Shown one piece after another: positions 56,360 to 64,000 of a stretch of 64,000 nt of DNA. The notes under the pieces are model-generated. The model saw only the letters and a list, made by a program, of their open reading frames with translations, searched no databases and was not told the DNA's origin. This DNA is from a virus (lineage: Duplodnaviria; Caudoviricetes): IMG/VR virus record IMGVR_UViG_3300035208_003115, one strand, 5' to 3'. The position numbers and the translations under genes were made by a program. How positions within the stretch are numbered: the stretch's first letter is position 1; the number at the start of each line of letters is the position of its first letter.

Positions 56360-58260
56360 TAGGACTGCCCCTTCGTTAGCTGGTTAATCCAAGCTGTAAC
56401 TTTCTCAACATCTTCTTGAGGGATTTTCTTAAGACATTCATTAAAGTTGTCGCGGCCCGACAGATTTGTCATTCGCACTGATCCTGAAGCACCAGAGGAG
56501 ACCGAAGTGCTCGAGTCCCCTGTTTCGGGTTCTGAGCCGGTTGCAACCCCTATTCTCCTGTAGAGAGCATCAAGTTCTGCATCTGTAGGAATTGCCGAGT
56601 TCTTACAAAGCTCGCCATTTTGGCGGGCTCGGACAATAAGATCAATGAGCTTTAGGAGTCTCTTGATTTCTTTGTTCTGCTCGAGTCCCTGGATGTAAAT
56701 AACCTGATACTCTTGTTGTAGAGTCAGGCTATTATTGAGATCAATCGCAAGATCGAGAATCGAGTTCTCGATATCCCGTATATATTTTAACATATTATCG
56801 ACAAAAGCATTCCAGGAGACACAGGAAGCCAGGTCTCTCAGGTCGCTACTCTGCGCAATCGATAGCTTCTTCCTGACCTCTTTGTTAATAACATCGAAAA
56901 GATTGGATAATATAGCCAATATCTGAGATAAGATTATCTTCTGGATGGTCTGCCATAGATTTCCGAGAGCTGAGTCTAGACTCTCAAACACCAGGGCCTG
57001 ACGGTTCATCGATATTCTAAGGATGGCCTGGCAGATACGGAGAAACTTATCGTCGTTTGCGCTTAAGAATCTAAAGAGACAGCATAGGAGATTATCGGTA
57101 AATCCTCCACCCAAGAGTCTATTCATCCTATCAAGGGAGGATTTGTAATAATCTTTCTGAAGGGTTAAAATTTGAAGCATATCGCTTGGAATTTGGGTCG
57201 CTAGGTCGCCCGTGGTTTCTGCTGCGAGAACTGCCTCGTCAGCCTGATGCAAACCCTGTTTCTTATAATAATCGAAAATCCCAACCGATGCGTCATATTG
57301 TTTGTTCAATCCGTGATAGTGGGGGAATAGCTGGGCGGCTTCAGGCCAATAATCTTCTTCCGACTGGTATGCCGTTTCTTTTACGAATCCCGTCAAGACG
57401 AGAGAGTCGAATCTTTCTACATCCCGGCTTAACTTAGGGCCTTTCAGTATCTTTTTCCCGACCCAGTCTGTTGCGATATTAATAGCGGCACTAAAAGCAA
57501 GACTTTGAATTATGTTTTTAATTACCTTGCCAATGGCAAGAAATCCGCCCGAACCGTTGGACGGTGGGGCGATTGTCGCGAATCCAGTGCTAGTAGCAGC
57601 TGCTGATTCCTGGTCACTCTTTTGCAAAAGCTTGAGGGGATACTTTAGAACTCCGAAGACGGCAGAGACAATGAGTTTTAGAATCGCGAGGAACAACATC
57701 ATTAGAAGTGTTGCTTTCCCCGGATTCTCATTAAATCCATCTTGGCGAGTCGGATAGGAGGGACTTGTTGAAGGAAGTCCATCGGAACCAAATGTTCCTA
57801 GGATTCCAAACTCGTCGTTCCCAAATGGATCACTAACAATGTCATTCCCTGCGGCGGCTATGCGCTCAGCATTCGTAGGGGCGTTTGTAACATCTATGGC
57901 AGGAGATTCCATGGCCAGAGCGACCATTCTTTTATAGAATCCCCAACATGATTCATCAGACTTCTTCTGACGGACATAGCGTTCTTGTATTACGGGAGGA
58001 AGATTTTGGCAAAGACGCATAGTCTCACCGTTAGTATCTAGGAGAGCTCCTACTGTATCGAATTGAGTTTTTAGGTCTTTGAATTCTTGCTCAAGAGTTT
58101 CAGTATCGGTGGTAATAGTTGGAGTCGGAATTGGCTTAAAGGGTTTCCCGGCCAGACCTCTGACCTTGCCTCCAACGACACGGCGAGGCTTAAAGGCAGG
58201 GATGGGTCCGCCTCCCAGTATCTTCTTTTCGTGTTCGTTATCTATTCCGCGCCGGGCCAT
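56359..58260 (-). CDS. Hypothetical helical protein between terminase and portal
   Basis: 633-aa ORF coupled by TAATG on both sides; hydrophobic segment TLLMMLFLAILKLIVSAVFGVL. Confidence 0.7.
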   Translation of the reverse strand: MARRGIDNEHEKKILGGGPIPAFKPRRVVGGKVRGLAGKPFKPIPTPTITTDTETLEQEFKDLKTQFDTVGALLDTNGETMRLCQNLPPVIQERYVRQKKSDESCWGFYKRMVALAMESPAIDVTNAPTNAERIAAAGNDIVSDPFGNDEFGILGTFGSDGLPSTSPSYPTRQDGFNENPGKATLLMMLFLAILKLIVSAVFGVLKYPLKLLQKSDQESAAATSTGFATIAPPSNGSGGFLAIGKVIKNIIQSLAFSAAINIATDWVGKKILKGPKLSRDVERFDSLVLTGFVKETAYQSEEDYWPEAAQLFPHYHGLNKQYDASVGIFDYYKKQGLHQADEAVLAAETTGDLATQIPSDMLQILTLQKDYYKSSLDRMNRLLGGGFTDNLLCCLFRFLSANDDKFLRICQAILRISMNRQALVFESLDSALGNLWQTIQKIILSQILAILSNLFDVINKEVRKKLSIAQSSDLRDLASCVSWNAFVDNMLKYIRDIENSILDLAIDLNNSLTLQQEYQVIYIQGLEQNKEIKRLLKLIDLIVRARQNGELCKNSAIPTDAELDALYRRIGVATGSEPETGDSSTSVSSGASGSVRMTNLSGRDNFNECLKKIPQEDVEKVTAWINQLTKGQS

Positions 58261-60080
58261 TATATACTCCGCTTAGTTGGTCGGTTATGCTTTTGCGATT
58301 TATACTTGCCAGCTTTCCAAAGTCTATGCTGGCCAAACCACGAACGGGTATCTACTGGGATATCTCTTGGTGACACGATAGAGGGATTTTTCGCTGTCTT
58401 GTCTATCACCTTAACGGATCCATCTGGGTTCTCTTCTGGAAACTCAGACGGAGTCAGCTTTGGTTTCTCACCGAACTTCCCTGTTATCCTCATGTTCGTA
58501 GCGTATATTGGACGGCCTAAATCTGTAAACTCTAGCGTATAGGCAAGTATCGCTAGATTAAATGCATCTAGAACGTGATCATTTCCCTTGGCGTATACCG
58601 GACGGCCTTCAGTCGTCGTATGGTCTATGACATAGTCTCTAAATTGTTTCTCCAGTTCTTTATCACTCTTATTGAGAACAATTAGATTCTTCTCAAAGAA
58701 CATTCTAGAGTTATTAACCATGAACGGTTTCATGTGCTTTTTGATCATCTGTTTTGTGTGAGGATCTCTTACTTCGCACATAGAGGCCATATCAACGGCT
58801 CGTAGCTTTTGAACCATCCGAGACTCTGAATGCTTGTGCCCATACCGCCTAAGGTCTTCGACCTGCTGATGTCCATATCCCGCATCCACATAAATGTGGC
58901 GGGGATTCCACATATAGTTCAGCTCAATAATTCTATTAACAGCTTTTGTCTGAGCGTATTCGATATCTCCTACGCTCTCTCTGGATACTACACGAAAACG
59001 ACCTCGAATACCAGCATGAAAATCTTCCTCATTAACCATCCCAGTATCATATTCTACAACTACAATTTGAACTCCATTCTTTGCCGAATTCCAGTCAACA
59101 CCTATTACATATATGCACCCAGCCTTGGGTATTTGAGCCTTATAGTCCCACTTACCTTGTTCTCCAAAGAATAATCTTGCGTTCTCTTTGGCTCTGTCTA
59201 CCCAAACGTGAGGATATACACCCTGTAACTGTTCTCCAAAGTCTGCCTCAACTTCGTGGAGCCATTCTGCACTTTCCTTAGACCCATACAAGTCTAAGAA
59301 CTGAGATTCCATGTCTGGGCCCCAAGTCGGACTTTCTTGTGACCTAAAGTGAAATTCTTTGAATCTTTCGCTACCGCACCATTTATAAAAGTGCTTATGG
59401 GCACCAGTTGGAGTCGAAGAGGCCCAGAGCATCTTATTATAATCTTCACTCTCATCGGTCTTGGTTAAGACCATCATGATGGTATTAATATCTTCAGTAG
59501 AGAGATAATCTGCTTCGTCTAGAACAACGACGTCAGCTGATTGACCCCGAATATTTGATGCGGCCATTCCCGACTTAGTTCCGGCAGTCATCCCCAGGAC
59601 TTGAGAACCGTTACGGAGCTTAAGCGTATAGGGGTCCTTAACATAGTTTGCGACAGAGCTATCAAATTCTTTAGATACACCTCTCCATTTTTCAAATCTC
59701 TCAAAGATAAGTTTGATTTGGGATTCCTGCGGAGCGATAATCAGAACTTTCTTATCTTTGTGGGTAAAAGCATAGTGAAGAGAAAAGATTGCTAGGGTCT
59801 CCGACTTCCCGGCCTGGCGACCTATACGTGTTACTTTACGGAGAGAAGTGCACTTGGCCATCAGCTCTTGATAACTTCTAAGAGTAATGCCGAGTTGCTT
59901 CCTAGACCATCTAGCAATATCCAGAAGATCTCTAAGAGATTCTTTCTCCTCCTCAGTATATGCGGAAACAGGCATTCCCTCTAAAACGTCCTCTTTAATT
60001 CCAGAGCACTGTAGAAGAGATGCCTGCTCTCCGAAACGTCTTTTTCTAGATGCTATACAAGATTCACATGCTGGGTGCAT
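58260..60080 (-). CDS. terL: Terminase large subunit
   Basis: LRSYQ Q-motif, GRQAGKS Walker A, VVLDEAD Walker B, SSTP motif III, RNase H-like IGVDWN...DAGYG...DHVLDA. Confidence 0.95.
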   Translation of the reverse strand: MHPACESCIASRKRRFGEQASLLQCSGIKEDVLEGMPVSAYTEEEKESLRDLLDIARWSRKQLGITLRSYQELMAKCTSLRKVTRIGRQAGKSETLAIFSLHYAFTHKDKKVLIIAPQESQIKLIFERFEKWRGVSKEFDSSVANYVKDPYTLKLRNGSQVLGMTAGTKSGMAASNIRGQSADVVVLDEADYLSTEDINTIMMVLTKTDESEDYNKMLWASSTPTGAHKHFYKWCGSERFKEFHFRSQESPTWGPDMESQFLDLYGSKESAEWLHEVEADFGEQLQGVYPHVWVDRAKENARLFFGEQGKWDYKAQIPKAGCIYVIGVDWNSAKNGVQIVVVEYDTGMVNEEDFHAGIRGRFRVVSRESVGDIEYAQTKAVNRIIELNYMWNPRHIYVDAGYGHQQVEDLRRYGHKHSESRMVQKLRAVDMASMCEVRDPHTKQMIKKHMKPFMVNNSRMFFEKNLIVLNKSDKELEKQFRDYVIDHTTTEGRPVYAKGNDHVLDAFNLAILAYTLEFTDLGRPIYATNMRITGKFGEKPKLTPSEFPEENPDGSVKVIDKTAKNPSIVSPRDIPVDTRSWFGQHRLWKAGKYKSQKHNRPTKRSI

Positions 60081-60092
60081 TACAGATTCCGA

Positions 60093-60428
60093 TTAGATTT
60101 TTCCCTGCATCTTCTTTTTCAAGAAGTCCATGATGGCTTCCGGAGACGGATTCGTGTCGATAGGCTTGCTGTCACTAATCTCGTCGTCGGCTCCTCTCTT
60201 CTCAATCGTGAAGTTGGTGGACTTTTCTGTCCCATCGTCCATTGTCTCTTTAACATTATAGGAGAGGGCGATAACTGGAATCGGATCAGAGCATATATTA
60301 TCGTGCCACTCAACGGTGCTATACATCCGGAAATGGATATCGGTGATTTCACCCTTGGGCTTTTTACCATCAACAGAAACGACCGTACCCTTGACGCTCA
60401 TATCGCTAGTGACGCTAATTTCTGACAT
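60093..60428 (-). CDS. Hypothetical protein
   Basis: AAGGAG RBS; in-operon ORF. Confidence 0.6.
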   Translation of the reverse strand: MSEISVTSDMSVKGTVVSVDGKKPKGEITDIHFRMYSTVEWHDNICSDPIPVIALSYNVKETMDDGTEKSTNFTIEKRGADDEISDSKPIDTNPSPEAIMDFLKKKMQGKI

Positions 60429-60439
60429 TGAATTACTCC

Positions 60440-61003
60440 TTAACGGTGATATAGGAACGCTTCGGTTCCCATTGACTGACGACCATTAAATTCCGAATCG
60501 TGCATAGCCCTAATAGCCCGCTGCCTATCTGTCGCGGCGATTCCATTAAGAGCGACACTACCCGCATTCATATCGGGTCTCTCTAGCTCATATCCCAGTC
60601 GCTGTATCCCCTTAAATCCATGGTACGAAGCGCCATATAGCATCGGAGCCAAGAAGAGAAAGTTAGCTACTCCTAGAGCTCTTGAGGTAATTACCGAAGC
60701 CGACTTCTTCATCATCGAAGTTCGAGCTTGGCTCTTCCAGAGAGAACGAGGCATCTTTCTCCTCATATTTCTCTTTGGATATTGCTTATTATAGTATTGG
60801 TCGAAAACCTTATTTCTAGCTGGGCCTGAAGTCTTTCGTGCTCGGTTATAGAGCCCGGGATTATTTTGGAGAAATTTATCTTTCTTTAACCATGAGTCTA
60901 GGAATCCTGTTCCAACCCAGGCTCCCATCATGGCAAGAGGTCCAGCCATTCCTGGAGTTTCCTCCGCCTCACCCTGGTTATCGTTATAATAGGTAGCTTG
61001 CAT
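60440..61003 (-). CDS. Basic Gly/Ala/Met-rich protein with hydrophobic helices (possible internal virion protein)
   Basis: Two hydrophobic stretches; C-terminal ATDRQRAIRAMH...MGTEA. Confidence 0.6.
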   Translation of the reverse strand: MQATYYNDNQGEAEETPGMAGPLAMMGAWVGTGFLDSWLKKDKFLQNNPGLYNRARKTSGPARNKVFDQYYNKQYPKRNMRRKMPRSLWKSQARTSMMKKSASVITSRALGVANFLFLAPMLYGASYHGFKGIQRLGYELERPDMNAGSVALNGIAATDRQRAIRAMHDSEFNGRQSMGTEAFLYHR

Positions 61004-61005
61004 GG

Positions 61006-61536
61006 TTATCTTTTCTTATGCATTCCAAGGACTACGTCGCCAGTCGCATTCATGGAATCCATGAGAGCGCTAACTCCTGCAGTTCCAGCGGATCCACCCA
61101 TGACATCTGTTACGTTCGGAGAACCAATAGTTCCCATTCCCGGGGCTCTTTCGTTGTCAAAAGCCGCCATTCCTAAGCCCAGAGGGGCTGCGGCTGCTAA
61201 GGCCATTCCGGGGTTTCTATAAATCCATCCTCCAGCCTTTATCGCTCCATGGGCTGCTCCACCCGCAGCTGTTCGTAGGGCTCCAAGTCCGCCCCGAAAC
61301 GCCGCTCCACCATATGCTCCGGCAAACCCTCGTCCTGCCCAACCGACTTTGGCTGCTCCCATTCCCATACCAGCAACTGCTTTGGTCGCTCCCCAGGCCC
61401 CCTTAAGCCCCATCTTAAGACCGCCGAATAACATGCGACCTCCAATTGGAGACATTAGAGCTAGTCCCGCTACACCTCCTAGCGATTTGACTAGTTCTTC
61501 AGAAGAGGATGAGCCTTCAGAGATTTGGTATGGCAT
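61006..61536 (-). CDS. Gly/Ala-rich low-complexity protein
   Basis: Amphipathic G/A/M repeats; C-terminal MNATGDVVLGMH. Confidence 0.6.
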   Translation of the reverse strand: MPYQISEGSSSSEELVKSLGGVAGLALMSPIGGRMLFGGLKMGLKGAWGATKAVAGMGMGAAKVGWAGRGFAGAYGGAAFRGGLGALRTAAGGAAHGAIKAGGWIYRNPGMALAAAAPLGLGMAAFDNERAPGMGTIGSPNVTDVMGGSAGTAGVSALMDSMNATGDVVLGMHKKR

Positions 61537-61539
61537 AAA

Positions 61540-61941
61540 TTACATCTGCCACTGGCCGGGACCAGAGGGTCCCACAGTCGGAGGGAGGGCGCGTTGGCCA
61601 ACATTTCTCATTGGGCGACCGCCGCCCCGGAACTTACTCCATTGGCCTCGAGCTCCAGCCATGGCTCCTTTGCCAAATGCTACGGCATTCATTGCATACC
61701 CCTGCGCTCTTGCTCCAAATGCACCACGGTATGCAGAACCAAATGCCGTTCCACCAGCAGCTGCAAGACCAAGGCCGCCTAGCATGGGACGGTCATTCGC
61801 ATACCCATAAGCTGCAACGGCTGATCCGGCCGCGATGGTTGAATATCTGGCGAGAGAGTTGGAAAGGACGTAGTCTCCTCCCATTTTTGCACGACCGATA
61901 ACTGACCGTGCCAAATTGCCCATTCCTGTAAACCTTGGCAT
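61540..61941 (-). CDS. Gly/Ala/Arg-rich protein
   Basis: GAGGAG RBS; glycine-zipper-like hydrophobic segments. Confidence 0.6.
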   Translation of the reverse strand: MPRFTGMGNLARSVIGRAKMGGDYVLSNSLARYSTIAAGSAVAAYGYANDRPMLGGLGLAAAGGTAFGSAYRGAFGARAQGYAMNAVAFGKGAMAGARGQWSKFRGGGRPMRNVGQRALPPTVGPSGPGQWQM

Positions 61942-61953
61942 ATTATTCTCCTC

Positions 61954-62181
61954 TTACTTAAAGCGGAATCGGCCTACGGAGACTCCCTTGCCCTTGCGAG
62001 TCATCTTTGAGGCCTCTTGGACAATACGAGCTTCTGGTGTATTGATATTCTCAAACGTAGAACGGAATTGTTTCCTGGGAGCTTTACCCGCGGCGAATAG
62101 TTCATTAAGTCCGCTTCTACTCATTGGTCCGTGCTTGGCTCCGGAATTTGCACCAGGACTTTTATCGTGCTTCTTAGCCAT
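61954..62181 (-). CDS. Small basic protein
   Basis: AAGGGG RBS; 75 aa, Lys/Arg-rich. Confidence 0.55.
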   Translation of the reverse strand: MAKKHDKSPGANSGAKHGPMSRSGLNELFAAGKAPRKQFRSTFENINTPEARIVQEASKMTRKGKGVSVGRFRFK

Positions 62182-62217
62182 GTTATTTCCCCTTCTTCTT
62201 CTTTTTCTTGCAGGCCA

Positions 62218-62673
62218 TTATATTTTTCTCCTTCTTCTTGCTCTCTTCTTGGTAACCGAGGATTCCCAGTTCTTAATTAGGGGCTTGTACTGCTTCCCGA
62301 GTTCACGATATTCTTTCTTAGCAATGATGTGAATCGTTTCTTCGGGGTTCAACTGAATAAAGAGTCGGATGCGCTTCTTATCATCCTTGTTCCATAGACC
62401 CTTGGTCTCTATCCACTTGGCATTCCATGGATTAGGATCTAGAAGTTCAAAGTCCGGGAGGTAACTTAGAGACCCAGTTAGCCAGAAGCGGTGAGGCTCA
62501 TATCTCCAGCGAATTCCGAGATGGTTAAGAACTCTTGCATAGTTCGCTTCCCAAGAAGATCTAAATTCCATAGAGCCGATATCAGCTCTAGCTCCGTGAT
62601 GTGAATTACGGTTTAGAACTTTCCGTACAGATACTTCCCGTTCTCCAGCCAAAAAAGCTTTAATATTATCCAT
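62218..62673 (-). CDS. PD-(D/E)xK endonuclease
   Basis: FRSSWE...YEP...YLPDF...IETKG signature. Confidence 0.8.
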   Translation of the reverse strand: MDNIKAFLAGEREVSVRKVLNRNSHHGARADIGSMEFRSSWEANYARVLNHLGIRWRYEPHRFWLTGSLSYLPDFELLDPNPWNAKWIETKGLWNKDDKKRIRLFIQLNPEETIHIIAKKEYRELGKQYKPLIKNWESSVTKKRARRRRKI

Positions 62674-62689
62674 GCGTCCTTTAATGCTT

Positions 62690-63166
62690 TCATTCTGTTT
62701 TTCCTGGGTAACCGACGGAGTGCCAAGCCTCTATTTCGTCCGCTTCAAATTCGAGGGCCATCTCATTGATAATATCATCTACAGAGATACTGGAGCCTTC
62801 GCTTGTGATTTTGCAGCCTGAAATAGACATGGTTGAGATATTTCCGTATTCATTTACTCCCGTAAGAACAACCTTGAACTTCGGAATTTCATCCACATAA
62901 TTGACCTTGTCCATAAACTGAGAAAGAGCGTGGCGGTCGAATAATACAAATGTCATACTCCCAGTAATCTTGCGGGGTAAGGGAATTAGATTAAATAATC
63001 TCTTTCTAGAGATGTGCCAAGAAATACCTTGAACTTCTCCAACACGGCATCCGTTTATCTCACAGATGATGTCGCACCCGCTATATGAGGTATAAACTTT
63101 TACCGGAGACCTACTTCCAAGCACACATGCGGTCTTCTTAGTTTTACTAGACTCTGGTTCTGGCAT
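62690..63166 (-). CDS. Orphan, internally shortened tail tube paralog
   Basis: Probable start ATG 63166 after GGGAG. YTSYSGCD...GEVQGISW...GSMTFVLFDRHAL...YVDEIP...EGSSISVDDIINEMA aligns directly with 45121..45768. Confidence 0.8.
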   Translation of the reverse strand: MPEPESSKTKKTACVLGSRSPVKVYTSYSGCDIICEINGCRVGEVQGISWHISRKRLFNLIPLPRKITGSMTFVLFDRHALSQFMDKVNYVDEIPKFKVVLTGVNEYGNISTMSISGCKITSEGSSISVDDIINEMALEFEADEIEAWHSVGYPGKTE

Positions 63167-63207
63167 TGGTATTCTCCCTTTAAATCTTAACAATAAATTG
63201 GTCTTTT

Positions 63208-63999
63208 TTAACGAATTGCGATGCGGGACATGAACTTAGAGGCTCCTTTTGCCGCTTTGGCTAAAACACCAACTAATCCCACTGTTGGTCGGCTTTTAAG
63301 AGCGTCCGATGTGCTTTGCTGTAACCGTGTTATGGCGTGCCGGGCAATAGTTTGAGGGGAGTTCATCTTAATATTTATCATTGTGTTACGCTTAGAAACA
63401 TAAGAGTCGGAGGCTCCGAATGAAGTTCGTCTCTGTGTGAGCCAACTGAACTTAGCACTTTTTCGGGTGTGCTCAATCCGGGGTCCTAAAGCTGTAATGT
63501 CTCTTTGAACCTGAGCTTTTACGGGTGAACTCAGTCCCTCAAGTTCTCGGCTTAACTGCTTGGCATTTAATCCTTTAAACCCAGACATATAGGCTAGATA
63601 CTCTTCACCATAATGTGCTACCTGGCGAACATTTCTTTCTTTTAAGAAGACTCTACGAGCACCTGCTATCGTAGATTTTTGCATGGCGTTAGCGGCTTTG
63701 CCCTCCGTAACGTTACTATATATGTGCTGACGCTCGTGTCTTATAATATTTCTAATATTGGGCCCATCTTTAAGACCCGTCTTTACAAAGGCAACTTCAG
63801 GGGTGTGATATCCGGCGGCCAATGCATCATCTATATCCGATATAAATCTTGAGGCGGAGGCTTGAGCCGAGGGATCGTTCTTCGCTCCCTCTCTAACCAT
63901 GTTCTGGAGGCTAGAGAGTGGGCCAGATCCCATGTCTACAGTAGCTCGACCCGGGGTAATAACAAAGCCAGCGGAATCGGTATAGTTCGCTGTTAGCAT
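63208..63999 (-). CDS. Protein with zincin-like HExxH motif (may be 5'-truncated by the window edge)
   Basis: IIRHERQHIY followed downstream by EEYLAY. Confidence 0.5.
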   Translation of the reverse strand: MLTANYTDSAGFVITPGRATVDMGSGPLSSLQNMVREGAKNDPSAQASASRFISDIDDALAAGYHTPEVAFVKTGLKDGPNIRNIIRHERQHIYSNVTEGKAANAMQKSTIAGARRVFLKERNVRQVAHYGEEYLAYMSGFKGLNAKQLSRELEGLSSPVKAQVQRDITALGPRIEHTRKSAKFSWLTQRRTSFGASDSYVSKRNTMINIKMNSPQTIARHAITRLQQSTSDALKSRPTVGLVGVLAKAAKGASKFMSRIAIR

Positions 64000-64000
64000 C

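Noticed and set aside
58260-60080. Intein or intron in terminase or other core genes
   Set aside because: Motif spacing and lengths are normal; no splicing motifs or interrupted frames seen.
60093-62673. Terminase small subunit among the genes upstream of terL
   Set aside because: None shows a recognisable TerS pattern by eye; left unassigned.
1-64000. Alternative genetic code (stop codon reassignment)
   Set aside because: Genes are long and tightly packed under code 11, and TAG (52531) and TGA (26622, 62690) both serve as real stops.

Overview
This window is a 64-kb segment of a large tailed phage with a contractile (myovirus-type) tail. It uses the standard genetic code and has essentially all real genes on the minus strand. 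Reading right to left, it holds small accessory genes, then terminase large subunit, portal (with a fused MuF-like C-terminus), protease/scaffold, decoration protein and major capsid protein. These are followed by neck proteins, sheath, three tube-family genes, two tail chaperones, a tape-measure-like protein, a 1281-aa protein, a 2308-aa baseplate hub carrying an M15 peptidase, baseplate wedge and fibre proteins, and a >2100-aa collagen-like fibre. That fibre runs off the left edge and is absent from the ORF track. The main finding is that the 1281-aa tail-operon protein (33548..37393) carries, in the correct order, motifs matching both catalytic barrels of two-barrel RNA polymerases, so it is a candidate single-chain, virion-delivered RNA polymerase. 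Other highlights are an orphan loop-deleted tail-tube paralog far from the tail operon, a strong Ser-Gly bias in exposed virion proteins (possible glycosylation sequon), and duplicated tail chaperones separated by a terminator instead of a frameshift. All assignments come from reading motifs and gene order by eye; no searches were run and the host cannot be determined.
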